A stretch of DNA of 64,000 nt from Hyphomicrobiales bacterium (GTDB lineage: Bacteria; Pseudomonadota; Alphaproteobacteria; Rhizobiales; Xanthobacteraceae): positions 349 to 64,348 of the forward strand of contig JAFKKP010000301.1 in NCBI GenBank assembly GCA_017305515.1, read 5' to 3'. Position 1 is the first letter of the stretch. Every line of letters starts with the position of its first letter. Shown here piece after piece: positions 50,548-58,844 of this stretch. The notes below the pieces were generated by a model. The model was not told where the DNA came from and ran no database searches. It saw only the letters and a program-made list of their open reading frames with translations. The translations under genes and the position numbers were made by a program.

Positions 50548-51420
50548 ATGCTCCGCCGGAATTCAAATTCCAGAGGGTGGTCAGGCGTCGCTGCAATTTG
50601 CACGGCGCTGACGATTGTTGCGCCGTACTCTGCGCTCGCCGCTGAATCGCTTTCGACCCGCGACCTCGCAGCAAACGCCGCGCCGCCGGCAACCGACGAT
50701 CTCGATGCGGTTTTTTCAAATCAGGCGTGCACCGTCACCAAGGCCATGAGCCAGCTCGATGCGCCGATTGCGCGCGTCTCTAAGCGCCTCAACGCACATG
50801 AACCTGTGACGATCGTGGCGCTCGGCTCGTCATCGACCGCAGGTGCAGGCGCAAGCTCGGCTGCGTTCTCTTATCCGAGCAGGCTCGCGCGCGAATTGAA
50901 GCGGCGCTTCCCGCTGGAGTCGTTCACCGTTCTCAATTTCGGCGTCAACGGTGAGGAAGCATCACAGATGCTGGTGCGCCTCGACGTGTCGCTCACGCGC
51001 GAACCCGATCTGGTTATCTGGCAGGTCGGCACCAATGCGGTTTTGCGCGACAAGAGCATCGCCGACGTTGGAACCGCAGTGGAAGCCGGAATCGAACGCG
51101 TGAAAGCCAGCGGATCGGACCTTCTGCTGATCGATCCTCAATTCGCGCCTGCTGTGAACGCAAAGTCTTCCGCCAAGGACATGGTCGGGTATATCGGCTC
51201 GCTCGCCAAGCGAACCCACATCGCCCTGTTCCGCCGCTACGTCGCGATGCGCCACTGGCATGAAGACCAGTCGATTGCGTTCGACAGTTTTATCCGCCCC
51301 GACGGCATTCACATGAACGACTGGGGCTACGCCTGCTTCGCGCGCTTGCTCGCCGACAATATCGCGACAGCCGTCTCGCGCTCGCGCACGCTCGCGGACG
51401 TAAAGCCGGCGGTTCAATAA
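50548..51420 (+). CDS. SGNH/GDSL hydrolase
   Basis: ALGSSST, N.GVNG, WQVGTN, DGIH. Confidence 0.88.
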   Translation: MLRRNSNSRGWSGVAAICTALTIVAPYSALAAESLSTRDLAANAAPPATDDLDAVFSNQACTVTKAMSQLDAPIARVSKRLNAHEPVTIVALGSSSTAGAGASSAAFSYPSRLARELKRRFPLESFTVLNFGVNGEEASQMLVRLDVSLTREPDLVIWQVGTNAVLRDKSIADVGTAVEAGIERVKASGSDLLLIDPQFAPAVNAKSSAKDMVGYIGSLAKRTHIALFRRYVAMRHWHEDQSIAFDSFIRPDGIHMNDWGYACFARLLADNIATAVSRSRTLADVKPAVQ

Positions 51421-51460
51421 AGCTATCTGGATCGGGATGTTGCGACCGGTCCCGATGGAC

Positions 51461-51479
51461 TGGCGCCCCTAGCGGAATC
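51461..51479 (-). other. Attachment site: duplicated tRNA 3' end (probably tRNA-Glu)
   Basis: Minus strand GATTCCGCTAGGGGCGCCA = end of T-loop, T-stem, acceptor and CCA; hairpin ATCGGGA..TCCCGAT (51431-51456) just downstream; composition shifts immediately after. Glu identity is from memory of rhizobial tRNA-Glu(UUC). Confidence 0.7.
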
Positions 51480-51537
51480 CATCTCAGATCATAAGCCATT
51501 GCCAAATTTATAATAATATAGCTCCATTACGCTGATA

Positions 51538-51557
51538 TACCCGCAAATGTACCCGCA
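51538..51557. repeat. Direct repeat TACCCGCA x2 (candidate integrase arm-type sites)
   Basis: 12-bp spacing, about 60 bp inside the att core, after an AT-rich tract with IHF-like TAAGCCATTG. Confidence 0.5.
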
Positions 51558-51645
51558 TAAAAGCAGAGCAAGAGTGCACGCGGGTGTTTGCTGTAGAGAC
51601 GCGGCGAGTGTCGCATTCCTTCTAGAAGCTGCGGAATCTCTTCTC

Positions 51646-51876
51646 TTAAGCAGTTACCCGCGCTTGGAAGCCGGTGTGCTTGCGTGCCCCATAATCGCGC
51701 GGTGTCCATTCTTCCCCAACTTCTAATTCGGAAACATCGATCTCCAACTTGGATGACTCGATGATCTCGCCACCCATGATGTCCGCACCTTTGGCTGTCG
51801 CCATCCGACGTGAAGTTGACCAGCCATCGGTCGAGATATCGTAAAATCGCACCTTATAGACAATAACCTTCCCCAT
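51646..51876 (-). CDS. Hypothetical protein
   Basis: 76 aa, AGGAG RBS. Confidence 0.65.
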   Translation of the reverse strand: MGKVIVYKVRFYDISTDGWSTSRRMATAKGADIMGGEIIESSKLEIDVSELEVGEEWTPRDYGARKHTGFQARVTA

Positions 51877-51892
51877 TTGCGTTGATCTCCTG

Positions 51893-52081
51893 TTATCGAC
51901 CGGCAATTCCAGATGCCTTGTCGAGAATTTTTTCCATCAAGGCTGCGCACTCTTGCGCTGTCTTCTGATCCGAAAACAGCAGCGTCAAGTTCGGTGACTT
52001 GCCATGCTCGCCAAGAGTAAAACCCGGCCCAGCATGAGGACCGATCTGCACACTTTGAACGTCGCCAATTTTCCAAGACAT
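51893..52081 (-). CDS. Hypothetical protein
   Basis: 62 aa, GGGAG RBS. Confidence 0.6.
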   Translation of the reverse strand: MSWKIGDVQSVQIGPHAGPGFTLGEHGKSPNLTLLFSDQKTAQECAALMEKILDKASGIAGR

Positions 52082-52162
52082 GAACGTCTCCCTGCCATCG
52101 CAATAAGGATGCGCAATCGTGGCGGATCGTTGTCCGTCGGATTTAATGCGGGTTAAATTTAG

Positions 52163-52333
52163 TTAGCCCCGGAACGCGCGCCATATCCAGTAGCCGAGCG
52201 TGACCCAAATTATTGCCGATACGCAGAACAGGCCGACATACTCAATCCAGCTCGTCCCCCTTGACTTCGCAACCGGCGCGTCCAGCTCGGGTGCGCCACC
52301 TTCAATGACTTTGAATTTGAGCTGCTTGTCCAT
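52163..52333 (-). CDS. Small membrane protein
   Basis: FKVIEGG motif and a C-terminal TM helix; starts 2 bp after the upstream stop. Confidence 0.6.
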   Translation of the reverse strand: MDKQLKFKVIEGGAPELDAPVAKSRGTSWIEYVGLFCVSAIIWVTLGYWIWRAFRG

Positions 52334-52335
52334 CG

Positions 52336-52626
52336 TCACTCGTAGTGGCTCGCGTCCATCCGATCTAATGCCTCTTGGCCCCATCGCTCAATCTCTTCCG
52401 CCGTCCACTCACGCCAACCGCGCGTGTATCCGTGGGAACATGCCTCACGCCACAACTCGGCATCCACGCGAAATCGTTCGACCTCGATCTCAAAAAATTC
52501 GTTCGCAAGGATCAACGCGATGATCGTCGCGCGCATGTCGCCGCCACTGACCGCAATTGCCTGATCCGCCGCAGCCTCAAGCCTCTGCATTTCGGTCTGC
52601 GATGATCTTTCGACTGCTACTGCCAT
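52336..52626 (-). CDS. Hypothetical protein (DQAIA..GGD.RA family), probably SOS-regulated
   Basis: 96 aa; LexA box about 30 bp upstream. Confidence 0.65.
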   Translation of the reverse strand: MAVAVERSSQTEMQRLEAAADQAIAVSGGDMRATIIALILANEFFEIEVERFRVDAELWREACSHGYTRGWREWTAEEIERWGQEALDRMDASHYE

Positions 52627-52657
52627 CGCGCGACCCAGCTTGACTACGAGCAGCGAT

Positions 52658-52672
52658 GTTCTTATTCTGTTC
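52658..52672. promoter_or_regulatory. Alphaproteobacterial LexA box GTTC-N7-GTTC
   Basis: Exact GTTC-TTATTCT-GTTC. Confidence 0.75.
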
Positions 52673-53061
52673 TTCGACAGTCAAGCGGACCGAACCATGG
52701 TCATTCATCCGCGCCGAGACTGAACGCATGCGGACGCAGATCGGCCGCCAGCGCAAAGATATTCAAGCGCTTCGCCGAGTCGGCGTCAGCACAGTCTCCG
52801 CAGAAGAACTTTTGTCGAGGATACAGAATAAGGTAGACGAACCTTGCGAGAAGCGGGATGAACTAAAAGGCAAGGAAAGCGATCAAAAACGGTTGCCATC
52901 AGTCGAATCACAACCCCGATGGACTCTGAAAGCCGATTTTGTCAAGATATAGTACGTCGAAGAATATTTATTGGCAGCCCTTGTCCCGCCTTGCTGCTAT
53001 TCCACTGCACCCCCAACTAAAGTCGCACCCCGACGCCCGGGGCGAACTATGGAGCAGTATA

Positions 53062-54309
53062 ATGAACGTTGCGTACTCCGGGCCGTGGCCCAAGCTTGAC
53101 GAGAACGACGCCCTCTTGATGGACGTCGCCCGCCGCATCCAGTTGACAAAGACCAAGCACGAAGCAGCCGAGACGAACTTTCGGGCGCTGTGCAACCATG
53201 TGGACCGCGAAGGCAGTCCCTTGGAAAATAAAGTCGTCGAATGTTATCCGAGCGGCAGCTTCGCGACCGGGACCGCTATCGCCTCGCGCGTTGCTCAGAG
53301 CCAGCATGACGTTGACGTGGTGATCGAACTCGACGTGCCGTCGAACTCTGCACCGAAGCAAATTCTCGATTTGCTTTTCACCGCCATCAACGGCGACCCC
53401 GGCAGCCGCTACCACGGTAAGGTGACCAAGAACAGCCGTTGCGTCACCGTCGATTATGAAGACGGCACGACCGTCGATCTGATGCCTGTCTCACGCATCA
53501 CCGGCCCCGAGCGCGCGGGCCACCTCTTTCATCACAAGCCGGAAAGCTCAGAGTCATTCCACAAGCAGGTGAACCCGTGGGGCTTCGCAAAGCATTTCAA
53601 CGACCACGTCAAGTTTGATCCGGCATTCTATGACTTGTTCAAAGGCCGTCGCGTTCTTGTCGAAGGCACACTGCTTGAGAAGGCAGAGACTCAGCCCATG
53701 CCGGTCCATGCGCCCATCGATGAGAAGTCACCTCGCGTCGTCGCCCTGCAACTCATCAAGCGCAATCGCGACATCGCATGGCGTGCTGCTTCACGTCGCG
53801 ACCTTCGCAAGCCACCCTCCGTTGTGCTGGCCGCAATCGCGCTTGATGCAGGTCCGGTTCACCTCAGTCTGTTGGAAGAAGTCGTCGCGGTCGCGAACCA
53901 ACTCAGAGTTCGCTTGGCGGAGACACATGGACCGAGAGGCACGGTGCAGGTGTTCAACCCGTCTTATGCACCCGATGAGTTCACCGACCGCTGGCCAGAA
54001 AACAAATCGGCGCAGGCGCAATACTCGGAAGATCTCCGCAAACTGGTTGTCGCGCTCCACAAGCTCAAGAGCGAAGACCTCAGCCTCGCCGAAAAACGCG
54101 AAGTGTTGAAGGCGCTGTTCGGTGAGACGGCGGCGGCGTATGCCGTCGAGAGTACACTGGATGCTCGTCGCCGCGAAATGCAGGCGGGTCGCATGCACAT
54201 CGATGGCGCGGGCAAAGTCCTCGGTGTTGCGGCGCCCGCTGTCGTCGGCATGCGCAGCACTGCGGCCCGCGCGGCAACGCGCGAAGGCGGCGGCAATTTC
54301 AGGGAATGA
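53062..54309 (+). CDS. CBASS CD-NTase (cGAS/DncV-like nucleotidyltransferase)
   Basis: YPSGSFATGT, HDVDVV (GS..DxD), third Asp in VDLMP, NP.GF, KPPSV, NPSYAPDEFTDRW; tail REGGGNFRE; GGAG RBS before ATG 53062. Confidence 0.9.
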   Translation: MNVAYSGPWPKLDENDALLMDVARRIQLTKTKHEAAETNFRALCNHVDREGSPLENKVVECYPSGSFATGTAIASRVAQSQHDVDVVIELDVPSNSAPKQILDLLFTAINGDPGSRYHGKVTKNSRCVTVDYEDGTTVDLMPVSRITGPERAGHLFHHKPESSESFHKQVNPWGFAKHFNDHVKFDPAFYDLFKGRRVLVEGTLLEKAETQPMPVHAPIDEKSPRVVALQLIKRNRDIAWRAASRRDLRKPPSVVLAAIALDAGPVHLSLLEEVVAVANQLRVRLAETHGPRGTVQVFNPSYAPDEFTDRWPENKSAQAQYSEDLRKLVVALHKLKSEDLSLAEKREVLKALFGETAAAYAVESTLDARRREMQAGRMHIDGAGKVLGVAAPAVVGMRSTAARAATREGGGNFRE

Positions 54310-54791
54310 AAACGATCAAGCAACAGATCGAAGCCATGTCAGTCCGCTGGCCTGGCTTCGAAGTCAAATTCCAAGACGCGCACAACGTCGGATGGGAAGG
54401 TATCGTGACGCCCACAAAACGTCCGTACCTGCTCCGCGTTGGATACGACGTACCGAAAAACATTCTTGAAAATCGCACGTTGCACAACTCTCAACCCGGC
54501 GTTCAGGTACTTAAGCCCGTCCTCGAACGGCATGCAGATTACGAGGAAGGCCCGATACCACACGTCTATCGCAACAAGGCGGACGAGAAACTTCCGTACT
54601 TGTGCCTGTTCAGCCCTGAGCTGCGCGAATGGACGCCTGACGATCTTCTAGCCGACACGACCATTTTCTGGGCGGTCGAGTGGCTCTACTTCTATGAAGG
54701 CTGGCTGCTGACTCGCAAATGGTATGGCGGCGGACGCCATGTGCCTCGTCCCGATGATGGGGGCAAGCAACTTGATCGAGCGGCGGTCTAG
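54306..54791 (+). CDS. Stand-alone prokaryotic E2 (ubiquitin-conjugating-like) protein
   Basis: WEG.VTP, IPHVY..LCLF (catalytic Cys), EW, WL.FYE.W....W.GGG.H; ATGA overlap with the CD-NTase. Confidence 0.82.
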   Translation: MKTIKQQIEAMSVRWPGFEVKFQDAHNVGWEGIVTPTKRPYLLRVGYDVPKNILENRTLHNSQPGVQVLKPVLERHADYEEGPIPHVYRNKADEKLPYLCLFSPELREWTPDDLLADTTIFWAVEWLYFYEGWLLTRKWYGGGRHVPRPDDGGKQLDRAAV

Positions 54792-55824
54792 CGGAACGCT
54801 TCAAGGATTGCGCGACCCGCTGCCATGGCCTGCGGGAAAGCCCTTTCGCATCCTGTCCATCGACGGCGGCGGCATCCGCGGCATCTTGCCCGCAGCAATT
54901 TTGACAAAGCTGGAAGAGAAATATCTGCCGGGAAAATCGGTCGGCGACTATTTCGATCTCATCACAGGCACCTCGACTGGCGGCATCATTGCGCTGGCGC
55001 TTTCGCTCGGGCTGACGGCAAGGACCATCCTCGACATCTACACGCAACATGGCGCAGAAGTATTTCCGCCGACCGATCCCGGCTTTCTGAAAATTCGGTC
55101 TGGCCTGCGGTTCCTCCGCAACTCGCGCTACTACACATACGACTCCGATAAGTTGCTCCGCCAACTTGAGCGCGTCTTCGGACAGACTGTCATCGGCGCA
55201 GCGCAACGACGTTTGTGTATTCCAACTTTTGATGGCTTCACCGAGGTCAACGTCTTCAAGACACCGCATCACGCAGACTACAAACGCGACTGGCGAGAGT
55301 TGATGATTACGGCAGCGATGGCGACCGCAGCCGCTCCGTCATATTTCCCGGTTTACAAGGATCGAGGCCGCTTCTTTGCTGATGGAGGCGTCTGGGCGAA
55401 CAATCCGGTGATGGTCGGACTAGTGGATGCGCTCGCGTGCTACCAGATTGAGCGGCGTCAGGTTCACATTCTGTCGATAGGATCAGGTGATACGGAAATC
55501 GAAATCAGCGCGAAACAAGTTTCGCTTGGCGGCTTCTGGTACTGGCGTGACATCATCTCGTCCGCGATGCATCTGCAAAGTCAGAATGCGCTGGGTCAAG
55601 CTGGCCTCTTGATCGGTCGCGACCAACTCATTCGATTGAACGCGCTACCGATGCCGGCGAACCCGATTGCGATGGATGACTTCGCGCGTTCGAGAGACGA
55701 ATTACCGCAGATCGCCGCACGCCTCGTTGACGAGCAAGGTGACCTTATTCGTGATCGTTTTCTATTTGCGCCTGCTGATCCATACGAAGCGAAGTATGGT
55801 CCGCGCGCAGCATTGAGCGCATAG
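54772..55824 (+). CDS. capV: CBASS patatin-like phospholipase effector
   Basis: RILSIDGGGIRG, GTSTG, AAPSYF, DGGVWANNP, FKTPHH; start TTG 54772 or ATG 54754/54757. Confidence 0.88.
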   Translation: MIERRSSGTLQGLRDPLPWPAGKPFRILSIDGGGIRGILPAAILTKLEEKYLPGKSVGDYFDLITGTSTGGIIALALSLGLTARTILDIYTQHGAEVFPPTDPGFLKIRSGLRFLRNSRYYTYDSDKLLRQLERVFGQTVIGAAQRRLCIPTFDGFTEVNVFKTPHHADYKRDWRELMITAAMATAAAPSYFPVYKDRGRFFADGGVWANNPVMVGLVDALACYQIERRQVHILSIGSGDTEIEISAKQVSLGGFWYWRDIISSAMHLQSQNALGQAGLLIGRDQLIRLNALPMPANPIAMDDFARSRDELPQIAARLVDEQGDLIRDRFLFAPADPYEAKYGPRAALSA

Positions 55825-56014
55825 TCGCGCGCCCGAATAGCCATGACGCCGATCAGAAAGCGAACAAAGACTGCCTCACTTAAACACGCAGTCCAACACT
55901 GCTCAGCTTCGATGAAAATTTGTGACCTCCAGGATGAGGTACGATCTCTACAACCACTTTCAGGCTGTGGATAGAAAGTAAAACGCTGTTTCCTACCGCG
56001 GTATCATAAGGCCT

Positions 56015-56593
56015 ATGTATACCGACCCGTTGCAGCCTCTAGCGACAACCGCCGACAACGAATTCACCCTCACCATCGACGACGCTCTTTCACTTTACGC
56101 CGCCGCCGGTATCCCCCGGACACCTCGCAGCATTCAAAGATACTGCGCGAAAGAGCACCTCTCCTCTCGTCGGGTTGAGACCGAATTCGGCGAAAAATAT
56201 CTCATTACGCGCGCGTCAGTTGAGAAGCATATAGCATACATCAAAGAAGTCACACCGACGACAAGTCGCGACCTGCCGCGGCAGGTCGCGGCAGGTGTCG
56301 CCGCAGAAAATAGCGGCGATTTGCTGCGACAGCAGGCAGCGACAACCACCGAAGAGCTGCGACTTGTCGCGACAAGTCCGGACCTGTCGCGCTATGTCGC
56401 GCGTTTGGAAGGGGATGTTGATTTCTTGCGCGGACAAATGGAAGTGAAGGACAATCAGATTAAGGAAATGACTGAGCGCGCACGGGAAACGAATGTGCTG
56501 ATCGCTGGACTTCAAAAAATGTTATCGCCATTATTAAGCGCTCCGAAAGACCGCCGCGATGGGGGAGATGAAAACTCTCCGACAACACACTAG
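56015..56593 (+). CDS. HTH plus coiled-coil DNA-binding protein (candidate partition/stability protein)
   Basis: N-terminal LTIDDA..RTPRSIQRYC..L..RRVETEFGEKYLI winged-HTH pattern; C-terminal heptads LEGDVDFLRGQMEVKDNQIKEMTER. Confidence 0.7.
   Translation: MYTDPLQPLATTADNEFTLTIDDALSLYAAAGIPRTPRSIQRYCAKEHLSSRRVETEFGEKYLITRASVEKHIAYIKEVTPTTSRDLPRQVAAGVAAENSGDLLRQQAATTTEELRLVATSPDLSRYVARLEGDVDFLRGQMEVKDNQIKEMTERARETNVLIAGLQKMLSPLLSAPKDRRDGGDENSPTTH
56258..56402. repeat. Intragenic 10-bp-period repeat arrays, consensus GCGACnnGTC
   Basis: ACGACAAGTC GCGACCTGCC GCGGCAGGTC GCGGCAGGTG (56258-56297); GCGACAACCA CCGAAGAGCT GCGACTTGTC GCGACAAGTC CGGACCTGTC GCGCTATGTC (56339-56398). Confidence 0.8.
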
Positions 56594-56649
56594 CCATCCA
56601 CAGCGCCTGCCAGACTTACAAAGTTTCCATGTCATAATTGACGCAACAT

Positions 56650-58137
56650 ATGGAAGCCGCACAAGCAACTCAAAACTCACAAACAATTGCGACCGAGCCG
56701 GTCTATCTGGAAAATACTTTGCTCCGGATTTTTGGTGTTTTGTTTTGTCACGATCCAAAACGAGCACGCACCCGAACTGAAAAGATCGAAATTAATCGCG
56801 GTGTCAGCGACAAGAACATCACGGTTCGGCTTGATCCCGAATATGCGCAACCAGGTCCGTTTGCGCATAAAGTTGCAATGGCGGTGATCCGCAAACAATC
56901 TCGTTTCGGTGCACCTGCACAGAAACAAATTTCATTTTCGCAACGCGAGTTAATGCGTTTGGCCGGACGAAAAACTTGGGGCGGCCATGACAGTGAAGAG
57001 TTGATCCGCGCGTTACGCCAAATCCGCTACACGCATGTGCTGGCCCATTTCAAAAAAGACGAGCATTTTGTTGAGCATGATTTCAGTATATTCAATGAAG
57101 TGATGATCGAGCGCCGCTTCGCAATCACTGACCCGATTGTGGCCTGCACAGTCGTGATTGCCGATCCCATCATTCAATCGCTCAATGACAAACATTTCAC
57201 CTGTCTCAACCACGCTCTGATGCAGGAGGTTAGTTCCATTGCCGGTGCATTTTACATGCGGCTGTTTCATCACTTTGCGTCGCATTACGATGGAAAGCAT
57301 TTAGACCGAGTGTCGTTCAAGAAACGCTATGACGACATTTGCGTCGAATGGTTGGGCGGTCTCACCGTCCTGAAATACAAATCCGCAATTGAGCGCGACC
57401 AGCTTGGAACGCATCTCGATCAATTGGTCGAAGCTGGCTTTTTAAAAACTTACGCCATCACACCTGCGGAAACCCGCGAAGGTTTTGTTCTCACGTTCCG
57501 TCCGGGTGCCCGGTTCGTGGCCGACTACAACTCGTTTTATGTCCGCCGTAACCAGGGCGACTTCCAGTTCAACTTTCACGACGAGAAACGCACGATAGGG
57601 GAGCCGCACCAGCTTGCTTATTTGTTTATCGAAAAACGAACGGGCCGAAAGCGAGAGGGTATTCCCTACGTTTCCTCAAAAGATGTTGAAACCGCCAAGG
57701 ACTTATTGGCTGCCATCCCGATGGAGCAGATGGATGCTTTTCTGAACTATGCGCTGTCTGAGGCGGAGCGGACCCGCTTCGATCTCCAAACGTTGGGCGG
57801 CGTACGGCTCTATTTGAACGGTTATCTTCAAGTTCGAGAGCGCCGGGCCAGTGAAAAGGCTAAGGCGGCGGCCCGACAGGCTCAGGACAAGCAGGAAGGC
57901 TACCATGCCGCCTACAACCGCTATCTACGCAATGCCGCGGCAGAGTTGTTCAACAGCCTGACTGCTCCAGAGCAGACGGCGATTGAAAATCTCGCGCGAG
58001 CCAAGGCGCGCCCGCCGCTTGGAAGTACCGGGTATCTGTCAAATACGCTCTTTGAATTGGAACGCACACGCCTCACGGTCGATCGCCATCCCGGCAAACT
58101 TCTGTCCTTCGATCAATGGAAAGCTGAAAACACCTAA
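56650..58137 (+). CDS. Plasmid-type replication initiator protein
   Basis: PGPFAHKV..A, ISFSQRELMRLAG..WGG winged-helix pattern, second wHTH (LDQLVEAGFLK); iterons directly downstream. Confidence 0.75.
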   Translation: MEAAQATQNSQTIATEPVYLENTLLRIFGVLFCHDPKRARTRTEKIEINRGVSDKNITVRLDPEYAQPGPFAHKVAMAVIRKQSRFGAPAQKQISFSQRELMRLAGRKTWGGHDSEELIRALRQIRYTHVLAHFKKDEHFVEHDFSIFNEVMIERRFAITDPIVACTVVIADPIIQSLNDKHFTCLNHALMQEVSSIAGAFYMRLFHHFASHYDGKHLDRVSFKKRYDDICVEWLGGLTVLKYKSAIERDQLGTHLDQLVEAGFLKTYAITPAETREGFVLTFRPGARFVADYNSFYVRRNQGDFQFNFHDEKRTIGEPHQLAYLFIEKRTGRKREGIPYVSSKDVETAKDLLAAIPMEQMDAFLNYALSEAERTRFDLQTLGGVRLYLNGYLQVRERRASEKAKAAARQAQDKQEGYHAAYNRYLRNAAAELFNSLTAPEQTAIENLARAKARPPLGSTGYLSNTLFELERTRLTVDRHPGKLLSFDQWKAENT

Positions 58138-58153
58138 TGGACCGGATCAGGGG

Positions 58154-58236
58154 TGGGGTATTTGACCCAAACAGTGGGGGGTCTGACCGCAGCGAATGGG
58201 GGGTTTGACCCAAGAGACTGGGGGGTTTGACCCAAA
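58154..58236 (+). repeat. Four 18-bp iterons (TGGGGGGTTTGACCCAAA), candidate oriV
   Basis: Units start at 58154, 58175, 58197, 58219 (spacing 21/22/22); AT-rich CTCTTATATACTCTTATAGAT tract follows near 58300. Confidence 0.85.
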
Positions 58237-58631
58237 GATTTTGTAGTTCAAAGTCAGTTAAATGAGACAGCGTAACGGCTTTTCGAGTTAGCCGACTTTC
58301 TCTTATATACTCTTATAGATTCTACACATGTGTGAACTCTTCTTTTGAATGGAAAAAGTTGCGCAACAGAACTGGAAAGCTGTCAAGAAACTCGCCCATC
58401 AAAGATGATTTGAGCTTCGCAATTCAACTCAAAACGGTACGGTCAGAATTAAGATATGGCTCTGTTAAGCCACCAAACTGAATAAGGGTCGCAGAACTAA
58501 TCTTGTGCGACGTATTTAATATGGCCCTGTTGAGCCGATTTCTCCGTAAGTCCAATGTCGCTTGAACGCCGCAATATTCGTTTGGGTTGCCTCATCCGAC
58601 GTCTTCCTCTCGTCTGTGCTACAATGGACTT

Positions 58632-58844
58632 ATGAGCAAACTGCTTGAAAAATTGATCGCAAAAGTTCGCAAGTTGCCGGACGACGAGCAGGATTTAGTC
58701 GCCGGACGCTTGATGGCGCACTTTGATGAAGTGCCATCGGACGCCGACCGTGTGTCGATAGAAGAGGCTCGCGAGGCGTATGAGAACGGCGACTTTGCCG
58801 TGCTCGCCAAATGGAAACATGACATGGGGATTGGTGATAACTAA
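58632..58844 (+). CDS. Putative antitoxin
   Basis: 70-aa acidic protein (LPDDEQD..IEEAREAYENGD) overlapping the toxin start. Confidence 0.75.
   Translation: MSKLLEKLIAKVRKLPDDEQDLVAGRLMAHFDEVPSDADRVSIEEAREAYENGDFAVLAKWKHDMGIGDN

Noticed and set aside
52656-52952. 98-aa ORF upstream of the CD-NTase as a CBASS regulator
   Set aside because: Its start overlaps the LexA box, it has no RBS and no HTH/WYL motif; the central part may be a remnant of a small coiled-coil gene.
52939-53061. N-terminal extensions in the ORF track (CD-NTase, aapM, aapJ, mccA, ATPases)
   Set aside because: Downstream starts have better RBS or stop-start overlap; the extensions overlap other genes or promoters.
55851-55865. 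GATC-N7-GAAC as a LexA box after capV
   Set aside because: One mismatch in the core and 150 bp from the next start; chance cannot be excluded.
58154-58236. Repeats as a mini CRISPR array
   Set aside because: Spacers are only 3-4 bp and there are no cas genes; the geometry fits iterons.
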